Source of the DNA: Candidatus Bathyarchaeia archaeon
Lineage (GTDB): Archaea; Thermoproteota; Bathyarchaeia; Bathyarchaeales; Bathycorpusculaceae
Assembly (NCBI GenBank): GCA_049512075.1
Contig: JBEKXL010000002.1
Location: 165,930 to 229,929 of the forward strand
Length of the DNA: 64,000 bases
Direction of reading: 5' to 3'
Part shown: one piece after another, positions 53,722-62,652 of the stretch
How the letters are laid out: the number at the start of each line of letters is the position of its first letter
How positions within the stretch are numbered: the first letter of the stretch is position 1
The notes under the pieces: generated by a model
What the model was told of the DNA's origin: nothing
Databases searched by the model: none
The model's input: only the letters and a program-made list of their open reading frames with translations
Made by a program: the position numbers and the translations under genes

Positions 53722-55515
53722 TTATTTGACTGCGACGTTATGTGCCTCGGCGACTGGAACAAAGGTTTTCCGATTGCGGAATGACATTGCATCGGCAAGT
53801 CTCTTCACAGCGTTCATGTAGGCTGCTATTCGCATGTTCACCTTGTACTGTTCGGACACTGCGAAAACATCTTTGAACGCGTTGACTATCGTGTTCTCCA
53901 GCTTGCTCCGCACTTCCTCCTCGGTCCAATAATAGTTCATTTGGTTCTGTACTTGTTCAAAGTAGCTGACTATGACGCCGCCTGAGTTGGCTAAGATGTC
54001 AGGGATGACGAACACTCCGTTTCTGTGCAGTGTTTCGTCCGCGTCTGGCGTGGTTGGTCCGTTTGCGCCTTCAGCCACGATTTTCGCCTTGATTTTGCCT
54101 GCATTTGCCATGGTTATCTGGTTTTCCATGGCTGATGGGACAAGGATGTCACATTCCAACTCCAGCAATTCTTTGTTCGAAAGCGCTCTGCAATTCTTGT
54201 AGCCTGTAACGGAGCCCGTCTTGTTCTTGTGCTCTAGGACTTTTGCGGGGTTTAACCCATCAGGATCAAGTATCGCACCTCTGGAGTCTGAGACTGCAAC
54301 TATCTTGCAACCGAGTTCACGGAGCAGCTTGGCTGAGTGAAAGCCCACGTTCCCGAATCCTTGAACCGCAACTGTTGCCCCTTGAAGCTCTATGCCTAAG
54401 TGCTTTGCCGCCTCGATTATGGTGTACATCACGCCTCGAGATGTTGCTTCGTTTCTTCCGAGTGAACCTCCTACGTCCACTGGCTTTCCCGTCACGACTC
54501 CGAAGGCGTTGTATCCCACTATCTGGCTGTATTCGTCCATTATCCATGCCATTGTTTGAGAGTCCGTGTAAACATCAGGTGCGGGTACGTCTGAGCGTGG
54601 TCCTATGAATCTAGCCAATGCCCGTGTGTAGCCTCGGGTTAATCTTTCCAGTTCTCCGGGGGACATTTCTTTTGGGTTGCAACGTATTCCACCTTTGCCG
54701 CCCCCAAGAGGAAGCCCTGTTACGGCGGTTTTCAGCGTCATCCATGCGGCCAGCGCGATGACATCGTCCAACGTCAGGTCGGGGTGATATCTTGTACCGC
54801 CTTTTGTCGGACCTAAGACATCGTTGTATTGTACACGATAGCCCGTGAAGACTCTTATGCTTCCGTCGTCCATCGTGGTTGGAACATTAACGATGATGGT
54901 TCGCATGGGGCGCTTTAGGACTTCATGCACTCCTGGGTCTAGCTTCAACTTCTCTCCGGCGATTTGCAGGAGCTTGAGGACGGCTTCGTAAGGGTTTGGC
55001 GTTGCAACAACCGGGGCCAGCGTTTCCAGCTTGACCGACAGTGCCGTTTGCGTTTTCTCCATAAGGTTTCTGTAGCTCTCCCTAGCATACTCGCCGTTGC
55101 CCTCTGTGGTTCCGAAGAACCATTTGTAGGTCTCTATGATTGATTCTGTTCTGGTCGCGGCAAAGGCGCTTTCGGGGCTCATCTTGGGGTTTGCTGAGAA
55201 GTAGTCGGTCAAGACGCGTATCATGTTTATTTCTTCTTTGGACAGACCGTACCACTTCTTCAAGGGATATGGTGCCTCAACGTGTATGTATTCTGCCTCG
55301 TTGATCTTCCTCTCAACCTCCTCAAAGACCTTCCAAGCGTCTTCTACAGGGACACCGAAGTTCTCTGAGTATGTCGTCATCAGTGCATAGTGGGCCGTTG
55401 TGTAGCTCTCGATTTTTGCTGCTAGCTCTGGTTTTTCAGCGAAGAAGTCAGCCATTAGCTTTATCATTCCGAGTTCTCGGCCTGAAAGCTCTACTGAAGT
55501 CAACATTCTTTTCAT
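53722..55515 (-). CDS. gdhA: Glu/Leu/Phe/Val dehydrogenase (glutamate dehydrogenase) with ~170-aa N-terminal extension
   Basis: GPTKGG, GGGKGG, VPAPDV, QGFGNVG, EGANGP, PDILAN; start ATG 55515 or 55506. Confidence 0.9.
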   Translation of the reverse strand: MKRMLTSVELSGRELGMIKLMADFFAEKPELAAKIESYTTAHYALMTTYSENFGVPVEDAWKVFEEVERKINEAEYIHVEAPYPLKKWYGLSKEEINMIRVLTDYFSANPKMSPESAFAATRTESIIETYKWFFGTTEGNGEYARESYRNLMEKTQTALSVKLETLAPVVATPNPYEAVLKLLQIAGEKLKLDPGVHEVLKRPMRTIIVNVPTTMDDGSIRVFTGYRVQYNDVLGPTKGGTRYHPDLTLDDVIALAAWMTLKTAVTGLPLGGGKGGIRCNPKEMSPGELERLTRGYTRALARFIGPRSDVPAPDVYTDSQTMAWIMDEYSQIVGYNAFGVVTGKPVDVGGSLGRNEATSRGVMYTIIEAAKHLGIELQGATVAVQGFGNVGFHSAKLLRELGCKIVAVSDSRGAILDPDGLNPAKVLEHKNKTGSVTGYKNCRALSNKELLELECDILVPSAMENQITMANAGKIKAKIVAEGANGPTTPDADETLHRNGVFVIPDILANSGGVIVSYFEQVQNQMNYYWTEEEVRSKLENTIVNAFKDVFAVSEQYKVNMRIAAYMNAVKRLADAMSFRNRKTFVPVAEAHNVAVK

Positions 55516-55544
55516 GCCTCCATTCTGTAGAATACACCAAGGCA

Positions 55545-55575
55545 ATGTTCAAATATACAAGGGTTATGTGCATAG
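55545..55575. promoter_or_regulatory. Bipartite operator candidate upstream of gdh, in the divergent gdh/KaiC-like intergenic region
   Basis: ATGTTCAA-N12-TATGTGCATAG. Confidence 0.55.
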
Positions 55576-55659
55576 TGTACACACATGAACACCGCGGAAC
55601 ATACCTAAACATTATTATCGGTGAATATTCAAAGCAAAGGCTGGGAATGACGGTTAAAA

Positions 55660-56445
55660 ATGGAAAACACTGGCACGTTCTCCACAGGCATCAAAACTCT
55701 AGACAAGCTCTTGGACGGGGGCCTCTACATCGGCGAGAACGTTGTGTTTGAGGTAGAATCGGGAACGTTTGCAAGAGAATTCCTCTACACCTTCATGAAG
55801 CAAGGAGTCGTGGACAAGAACCAAATCATATACCTTGACTTCATGTATCCTCCTCAAGCCCTCATGCTCCAATTGACTCCTCTCGTCAAAACGTTCCCAC
55901 CGGGCTGGGAGGACAGATTCCTTGTGTTGGACTGCTTTTCTGAATCTTCAGGTCAGGGTGAATTGATATTCAATGATTTCTACGATACGGCGCCCTCTTG
56001 GATGCGAAAAGTTCCAACCTCAAAAGATCCAGAACAATTCCACAAATTCTTCGGTAGAATCGAAAGAGAATTCGTAACACCCAGTGCAAGGCTCGTTTTC
56101 AACAGTTTATCGATGATGCAACACATTTGGGGAAGTGACGCGGTTAAAGGATTCTTTGGGCACGTCTGCCCAGCACTGTACGCATACAAGACGTTAGCCT
56201 ATTGGACGATAGTTAGAGATGCACACCCCAAAGAGTTCTGTGCAATAATCGAGCACATAACGCAGGTTGTTGTGAACTTATCGAGGGAAGGCGGAAAAAG
56301 ATTCGTAGAAGTCAAAAAAGCTGGGTGGCGGTACAACCCACAGAGCTATCAACGTTACGAGTACTCGGTTCAAGGGTTTGACATCAAGATCTTCCCGAAA
56401 ACGCGCTCCGAAACCGATAACGCAGTTGCCAAGCGCGCACGCTAA
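55660..56445 (+). CDS. KaiC/RAD55-like RecA-fold protein with degenerate Walker motifs
   Basis: STGIKTLDKLLDGGL start; Walker A position reads VESGTFAR (no GKT/S), Walker B position reads LVFNSLS. Confidence 0.75.
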   Translation: MENTGTFSTGIKTLDKLLDGGLYIGENVVFEVESGTFAREFLYTFMKQGVVDKNQIIYLDFMYPPQALMLQLTPLVKTFPPGWEDRFLVLDCFSESSGQGELIFNDFYDTAPSWMRKVPTSKDPEQFHKFFGRIEREFVTPSARLVFNSLSMMQHIWGSDAVKGFFGHVCPALYAYKTLAYWTIVRDAHPKEFCAIIEHITQVVVNLSREGGKRFVEVKKAGWRYNPQSYQRYEYSVQGFDIKIFPKTRSETDNAVAKRAR

Positions 56446-56462
56446 ATAGCTTTGACCAATGA

Positions 56463-56798
56463 TTAGCTGACTAATTGTTTCACCAGTTCCGCGAAGAATT
56501 GACCAATTCGTCTCTTTCCTTGTGCAAAATCAATTATGCCCGTAATCATAGTAACCGGTGTCTCTGCTGCAACTGAAACTCTCGTCGTGTTCTCATTTAC
56601 AGGCATCACGTTGATTAGAAGTATTGAACTAAATGACCAGGGGCCTGCCTTCGTCTTTGCCTTAACACGATGCGCTGCTTCATCAATCTGCTCAGTACTC
56701 CATTCCAGACTGGTAAGCACCTTTTGAATACCAATCCAAACCTTGCTCAAGGAGTAATCTATCTCCACCGTCTCTTCCTCTTTCCGTAAATATGCCAT
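56463..56798 (-). CDS. Hypothetical small alpha/beta protein
   Basis: ORF with TATA-like TTTAAATA about 30 nt upstream. Confidence 0.6.
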   Translation of the reverse strand: MAYLRKEEETVEIDYSLSKVWIGIQKVLTSLEWSTEQIDEAAHRVKAKTKAGPWSFSSILLINVMPVNENTTRVSVAAETPVTMITGIIDFAQGKRRIGQFFAELVKQLVS

Positions 56799-56966
56799 GC
56801 TCTCAACGGAATCCATTGGACGACCGTATTTATTTAAAGATTCGCGCGCGCAGGGTCCCTGTGAGAACTCAAGAAAAAACCGCAAGCGGAAACGAGTGTA
56901 GTCCTCCTTTAGTATGAAAGTTATTTAAGTGAAAAAGTACATCAATCGATATCGCGGCGTGACGTT

Positions 56967-57401
56967 GTGGCTTCAAACAGACAGACTCAAACAGTTGTTG
57001 GTCATGTTGGAATCGAAGTTTCCAATCTGAGCCGTTCCAAAAAGTTTTACAAGACCTTGCTAGGAGGACTAGGTTTCGCTATAATGATGGACACTGAAGA
57101 TGGAGCAGGGTTCTCCAATCAAAACTTTCAGATATGGCTAGGCGCGTCGCAGAAACCAAGAGTCAAACGTGACGCCCCAACCGGAGAAGAGTTCGTCGTA
57201 GCCGATCACCTGGCCATACTCGTTCCAGACAAAGAAACCGTTGATGCTGCTGAGAAAGCAATGAAGAAGAACGGGTTCAAAGCCCTATTCCCCTGCGACG
57301 AACATCCCCAATTCGAGCCAGGATACTACGCTGTGTCATTTTGCGACCCCGACAACTACGTAATCGAAATCTACACCAGACCAAAACCAAAACGATTCTA
57401 G
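56967..57401 (+). CDS. VOC/glyoxalase family protein
   Basis: HVGIEVS..S..FY, HLA, YYAVSFCDPDNYVIE. Confidence 0.88.
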   Translation: MASNRQTQTVVGHVGIEVSNLSRSKKFYKTLLGGLGFAIMMDTEDGAGFSNQNFQIWLGASQKPRVKRDAPTGEEFVVADHLAILVPDKETVDAAEKAMKKNGFKALFPCDEHPQFEPGYYAVSFCDPDNYVIEIYTRPKPKRF

Positions 57402-57686
57402 CCAAACCCCAACCTCTAAACGACAAACCGTCCTCTTCCAAACGCGTCATCATTACAAATTCAGCCTCAAGCGCTCCGCGCACACTGATCGCACTGCAGC
57501 ATCAACTAAGCGTAGCCCGCGCGGAACTGAAAGACCAGCAGGCCACGCCGACGCAGAGCCCAGCTTGGCTTCAACACTTCTCAGAAATGCGCGCCCATCT
57601 GCACGCCCACCTGCTTCAACCTTGTCACACGCACAGGAACATCACAACGGACGTGTGTAAAAAAACGTAGAGGATCAACAAAGAAA

Positions 57687-57812
57687 TGTTACAATCCACA
57701 TTACATCTGACATTACAAATAAACCGAACTTATCAGCTCTGAACGGCGTTCCAGGCCTGTTTTCTTCATGGTTTGTTACAATCCACATTACTTCTGACAT
57801 TACAAACAAAAA
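57687..57812 (+). repeat. Dispersed non-coding element, copy B
   Basis: 33-bp TGTTACAATCCACATTACWTCTGACATTACAAA at 57687 and 57774 (one mismatch); spacer similar to copies A and C. Confidence 0.85.
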
Positions 57813-57992
57813 TAGGGGGGGTCAAAAACACATCATCGCGATCTTGTAATCCAACATGATGTTAGACCTAAGCAAAAAAGGCGGGGGGCTTTCCCGTGCT
57901 TCTCTTGAAGGACAGCATCACACTCTCAGACTGCCCTGCGTTAGCTAATTGTTTAAATTCTCACAGAAGAATAAGTAGAAAAGCGCGAAGGC

Positions 57993-58781
57993 TTGGATGC
58001 AATGTCGTACGTTTTCAACATTCCGTTCCGAGACAATCAGAAGCTGAAGCATGTCATTGAAGAAGTCAAGAAGGACGCGAAACTGCAGACTCTGTGGAGA
58101 TGCGCAAACGTGATGGCCATCGACCGCATGGGCTACACGGATCACGGGCCCACCCACGTTAAAATCGTCTCCAACATTGCACTCAAAATCCTCAGAATCC
58201 TGGTTGACAAAAAAGTCGTGCCCAGCATCGTCAAGAACTACAACATGAAAAACGACGACGCCGAAGTAGTCGTCGTACTAGGCTCAATATTCCACGATCT
58301 GGGCATGACCGTCATAAGAGAAGGACACGCATTCTACGGCGCACTCATAGCCTCACAGCTCATCGAAAAATACCTCCAATCAGTCTACTCTGAGGAGGAA
58401 CGCACCATCATCCTGTCCGAAGTCATGCACTGCATAGTCTCCCATGAAGACCCAATCAAACCCCTAACCGTGGAAGCAGGCATCGTACGCATCTCCGACG
58501 CTCTGGATATGGAAGAGGGAAGAGCCCGCATCCCGTTCCAAGCAGGAAAAATCGACATCCACTCCGTCTCTGCACTGGCAATCGAAAAAGTAAGCATCCA
58601 AGAAGGCGAACCGAAACCCGTGACAATAAGAATAACAATGTCAAACTCTGCAGGAGTCTTCCAAATAGACGAACTCCTCAAACCCAGAATCGAAAACTCC
58701 GGACTCCAAACCTACATCCACGTCATCGCCGAAATAACCGGAGAAAGAGAGAGAAAGATAATAGACAAATTCGAAATATGA
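57993..58781 (+). CDS. HD-domain phosphohydrolase (COG3294-like)
   Basis: GYTDHGPTH, FHDLG, SDALDMEEGRAR, IHSVSA. Confidence 0.85.
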   Translation: MDAMSYVFNIPFRDNQKLKHVIEEVKKDAKLQTLWRCANVMAIDRMGYTDHGPTHVKIVSNIALKILRILVDKKVVPSIVKNYNMKNDDAEVVVVLGSIFHDLGMTVIREGHAFYGALIASQLIEKYLQSVYSEEERTIILSEVMHCIVSHEDPIKPLTVEAGIVRISDALDMEEGRARIPFQAGKIDIHSVSALAIEKVSIQEGEPKPVTIRITMSNSAGVFQIDELLKPRIENSGLQTYIHVIAEITGERERKIIDKFEI

Positions 58782-58850
58782 CTCCCACCCCCAGCGTCAA
58801 ACCACACCCGCTCCTCCAACAGCAAACAAGAAATAAACAAACAGCCCATA

Positions 58851-58910
58851 AAGGAACAGCAGAGGAAGGAACAGCAGAGGAAGGAACAGCAGAGGAAGGA
58901 ACAGCAGAGG
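58851..58910 (+). repeat. Perfect tandem repeat, 4 x AAGGAACAGCAGAGG
   Basis: Units start at 58851, 58866, 58881 and 58896. Confidence 0.95.
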
Positions 58911-58918
58911 ACAAAGGT

Positions 58919-60466
58919 TTGACAGACATTGTTCTTGTTTTCGAGGTCCATCAACCTCACAGAATAAAAAGAAGCTTCTTCTGGGAAAGCAAAATGTTCG
59001 AACGCGTTGACAAAAAAGAGTACTTTGACTACTACTTTGACAACGCAGTGAATAGACAGGTTTTTGAAAGGACAAGCAGAAAATGCTATTTCCCCTCGAA
59101 CAGCATACTGCTCGAACTCATCGACAGGTACAAGGGAGAAAAGAAAAAGCCCAAATTCTCATTCAGTCTCTCAGGCGTTTTCTTGGAACAGTGCGAAATG
59201 TTCAACAAGGACCTTCTAGAAACATTCAAACAGCTCGCAGAATCTGGGCAAGTGGAGTTTCTGAGCCAAACCTACTATCACTCCTTGGCAAGCCTCTACC
59301 CTGAAAGAGAAGAATTCATCAAACAGGTAAAGATGCATCAGCGGGTAATGAGAGACCTGCTGGACTACACGTCAACGGTTTTCGAGAACACGGAACTGCT
59401 CTACAACAACGCCGTTGCAAGAACCGTTGAAAAGCTTGGTTACAAAGGAATTTTCACCGAAGGCGTGGAAAGAATACTTCATGGAAAGTCGCCGAACCAC
59501 CTTTACTCACCGAAGGACTTGAAAAAAATCAAGATACTCTTACGAAACTACAAGCTGACAGACGACATAGGCTTCAGGTTCTCGGCAAGATGGTGGAACG
59601 AGTGGCCATTGACCGCGGACAAATACGCAAGCTGGCTGGCAGCAACGCCAGGTGACTGCATCAACATCTTCCCAGACTACGAAACCTTCGGAGAACACCA
59701 CTGGCCCGAAACCGGCATCCACGACTTTCTGAGACACTTGCCGCCTGAGATTCTGAAGTGGTGGAACCTGCACATGGCCACGCCTTCCGAAGTGGCACAA
59801 AGGTACACGCCCGCCGGAGAGATCGACGTCCCAGAGCTCGGAGGAACAGTCTCCTGGGCTGACTTGGAGAGAGACGCGAGCTGCTGGCTTGGAAACACCA
59901 TGCAATGGGCCTTCTACACGACTCTGAGACGGTTGGAACCACTAGTCAAGGAAACCGAAGACAAAGAATTCCTGAAAACATGGAGATACTTCCAGACGAG
60001 CGACCACCTCTACTACATGTTCACCGCAGGCGGTTCACCAGGCGAAGTTCACTCCTACTTCAGCCCATACAACACGCCCATGGACGCCTTCGTAACCGCG
60101 CAAGCGGCAATACTGGACTTTGAGAACAGAGTGAGACTCGCCGCGATAGTCGCAGACGAACCCTTCCTATTCTACACGGGCATAGGAGAAAAATACTTCA
60201 CGGGAACAATGGCGTGGAGCCTAAAAGGCTTCACAAAAGCCATTCACAACGTGAGCACGAAATCCGTGGAATTTCACAACAACCGAGGAGACTTCGAACA
60301 ATGGGCTCAGAAGTCACTTCACAACGCAGCATTGGCTGAACAACTGAAGAAAGAGAGGCTCTCGAAACTGACCGGCGAACCTCTCAGACAAGCAATAAAC
60401 AAAGACGCGAACAAAGCATCAGTCAAACTGACAGCCGAAATGCGCTCCGCAACCAAGTACTTCTAA
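58919..60466 (+). CDS. GH57 alpha-amylase-like enzyme with DUF5752-like tail (paralogue of 35738)
   Basis: TTG start aligns with the paralogue start; shared FPDYETFGEHHWPETGIH and TSDHLYYMF. Confidence 0.88.
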   Translation: MTDIVLVFEVHQPHRIKRSFFWESKMFERVDKKEYFDYYFDNAVNRQVFERTSRKCYFPSNSILLELIDRYKGEKKKPKFSFSLSGVFLEQCEMFNKDLLETFKQLAESGQVEFLSQTYYHSLASLYPEREEFIKQVKMHQRVMRDLLDYTSTVFENTELLYNNAVARTVEKLGYKGIFTEGVERILHGKSPNHLYSPKDLKKIKILLRNYKLTDDIGFRFSARWWNEWPLTADKYASWLAATPGDCINIFPDYETFGEHHWPETGIHDFLRHLPPEILKWWNLHMATPSEVAQRYTPAGEIDVPELGGTVSWADLERDASCWLGNTMQWAFYTTLRRLEPLVKETEDKEFLKTWRYFQTSDHLYYMFTAGGSPGEVHSYFSPYNTPMDAFVTAQAAILDFENRVRLAAIVADEPFLFYTGIGEKYFTGTMAWSLKGFTKAIHNVSTKSVEFHNNRGDFEQWAQKSLHNAALAEQLKKERLSKLTGEPLRQAINKDANKASVKLTAEMRSATKYF

Positions 60467-60537
60467 CTCGGATACGCGTATGCCTTTATAAGAAAAACTC
60501 GCCAACAATATGCTTCAGGTATAATTGAGGTGATTGG

Positions 60538-60789
60538 ATGAGTGAAGTGCTTCCGCTTCCAGAGAAGATTCTGCAAACGTTGCATAATCTCTGCGCGACA
60601 TCGCCTGATCTGGCCAGACGAAGTGAAGAACTGTCGCAGGTCATGCAAGTTGACTTACACGAGTTGGAAAGAATTCTGGATGATTACAAGCGCCAAGGCT
60701 TTGCAGAAAGCTTCACGGACAATGAAGGGAAGAAGAGGTACTACCTCACAGGAAGCGGAATAATAAAGATCTGTGCAATCTTCACGTAG
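60538..60789 (+). CDS. Small winged-helix protein (paralogue of 38853)
   Basis: LHNLCATS..ARRSEEL..RYYLTGSG. Confidence 0.75.
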   Translation: MSEVLPLPEKILQTLHNLCATSPDLARRSEELSQVMQVDLHELERILDDYKRQGFAESFTDNEGKKRYYLTGSGIIKICAIFT

Positions 60790-60799
60790 TGAAACCTCA

Positions 60800-61417
60800 A
60801 TGCACGTCGTGATCTTCTCGTGGGAATACCCACCCAGGATCGTCGGGGAACTCGCAAACTACGTGAAAAAACTTGCCACAGAGCTTGTTAAGAACAACGA
60901 GAAAGCGTGGGTAGTCACCTATCACGACTTTCTGACTGGAGAGTATGAGGAGCCTGAGGGTGTCAAGACTTTCAGGGTGACGAACCCCGTTCACACTCAC
61001 ATCGGCGTCCTCACATGGGTTCTCACTTTGAACCAAGAAGTCGAAAGAGTCGCCGCAAACATCTACTACGCGTCAGATAAACAAGTTGACCTGATTGATG
61101 TGTATGACTGGCACTTCATACCCGCTGCTGTCACGTTGAAGAAGGCGCTGGCCATCCCATTCGTCTATTCCGTGGAGAGCGTGGAAGAACACCGTTCTCA
61201 CGGTGCCAATTCACCGTTCAACATGTCGATAAAGAGCATCGAATGGCTTGGAACGTATGAAGCTGAAAAACTGCTCGTCAAGTCCGAATGGATGAGAGAA
61301 GAGATAATCAGGATATACAAAGCCCCAACAGCCAAGATCAAGGTGATCTCGCCCAAATCTGCGAACTGGATAAAAGACATCCTGGAGACCTACAGAAACT
61401 CGGGGGCATCAACATGA
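60800..61417 (+). CDS. GT4 N-terminal-domain-only protein (paralogue of 39132)
   Basis: WEYPP, DWHFIPAAVTLK; no donor-binding domain. Confidence 0.8.
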   Translation: MHVVIFSWEYPPRIVGELANYVKKLATELVKNNEKAWVVTYHDFLTGEYEEPEGVKTFRVTNPVHTHIGVLTWVLTLNQEVERVAANIYYASDKQVDLIDVYDWHFIPAAVTLKKALAIPFVYSVESVEEHRSHGANSPFNMSIKSIEWLGTYEAEKLLVKSEWMREEIIRIYKAPTAKIKVISPKSANWIKDILETYRNSGAST

Positions 61418-62631
61418 ACAAAGAATTGCGCATCATGATGCTCACTTGGGAATTCCCACCCAGAATCATCGGAGGAATTTCCCCGCACATTTACAACCTT
61501 TCCAGAAACTTGGCAAAGTACGGCGTAAAAGTTTACGTGGTGACCTGCGATTTTCCCGGGGCTCCTCAGCATGAGACCATAGACGGTGTTGAGGTCTACC
61601 GCGTCGACTCGTACAAGAACCCCGCGCCGGACTTTGCAACGTGGATTTACCTCATGAACGTAAACATGCAGAAAGAGGCCGCCGCGCTTGTCCGTAGCCT
61701 CGGCGGAAACATAGACATATTCCACGCTCACGATTGGCTTGTTGCGACGGCCGGAATCGGGTTGAAGCACGTTTTCAGAAAACCGTTCTTTGCCACGATG
61801 CACTCCACAGAAATCGGCCGCAGAAACGGCATCCACACTGATTATGAAAGGATGATACATGAAACGGAGGCGTGGCTAACCTACGAAGCCTGGAAGGTCA
61901 TATGCTGCAGCGACTACATGATATCCCACGTACGATGGGCCTTCGGACTTCCACCTGACAAACTGGTCATGGTGCCAAACGGCGTCAACTTCAAAGCCTA
62001 CGCGAGAAAAGAAAATGAAGATATGAGCCAATTCAGAAACAGATTCGCTTTGCCGCAGGAAAAAATCGTGCTTTTCGTGGGAAGACTAGTGCATGAAAAG
62101 GGAGCCCATGTGCTCGTGAGCGCAGTTCCAAAAGTGCTGGACAAAATAGACGCAAAGTTCGTCTTCGTCGGGAACGGATACATGAGAGACCAGCTCTCAG
62201 ACCTCGCTGAACAGATGGGAATAGCCCACAAAGTCATGTTCACTGGCTTCGTGGATGACGAAACCCTGCGAAACCTGCAGAAGTGTGCCGACGTCTCCGT
62301 CGTGCCCTCCCTTTTCGAACCCTTCGGGATAGTAGCCCTCGAAGCCATGGCTGCAGGAAGCCCAGTCGTAGTCTCAGACGCCGGCGGCCTGTCAGAAATA
62401 GTCAACCATGAAGTAGACGGAGTCAAAGTGTACAGCGGCAACCCCGATTCACTAGCCTGGGGAATAACAAAGGTGCTGACAGACGAAGGCTTTGCAAACC
62501 GCTTGAGAGCTAACGCGCACAGAAAAGTTCAACAGAAATACAACTGGGGCATGATAGCACAACAAACGAAAAACGTGTACGAAGCGGTGCTAAGCGAGTA
62601 TTCAAAGAGCTTCTGGGCACAGAAAAGTTGA
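61414..62631 (+). CDS. GT4 glycosyltransferase (paralogue of 39752)
   Basis: ATGA overlap with the upstream gene; full GT-B motifs. Confidence 0.9.
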   Translation: MNKELRIMMLTWEFPPRIIGGISPHIYNLSRNLAKYGVKVYVVTCDFPGAPQHETIDGVEVYRVDSYKNPAPDFATWIYLMNVNMQKEAAALVRSLGGNIDIFHAHDWLVATAGIGLKHVFRKPFFATMHSTEIGRRNGIHTDYERMIHETEAWLTYEAWKVICCSDYMISHVRWAFGLPPDKLVMVPNGVNFKAYARKENEDMSQFRNRFALPQEKIVLFVGRLVHEKGAHVLVSAVPKVLDKIDAKFVFVGNGYMRDQLSDLAEQMGIAHKVMFTGFVDDETLRNLQKCADVSVVPSLFEPFGIVALEAMAAGSPVVVSDAGGLSEIVNHEVDGVKVYSGNPDSLAWGITKVLTDEGFANRLRANAHRKVQQKYNWGMIAQQTKNVYEAVLSEYSKSFWAQKS

Positions 62632-62652
62632 AAGAAAGCGTCACAACGAAAA

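Noticed and set aside
57687-57806. 33-bp direct repeat pair as a mini-CRISPR
   Set aside because: Only two units, the 54-nt spacer is conserved in the other dispersed copies, and no cas genes are present.
58778-58918. N-terminal GTAEE-repeat extension of GH57
   Set aside because: The paralogue at 35738 starts at the position matching TTG 58919, so the extension is probably untranslated VNTR.
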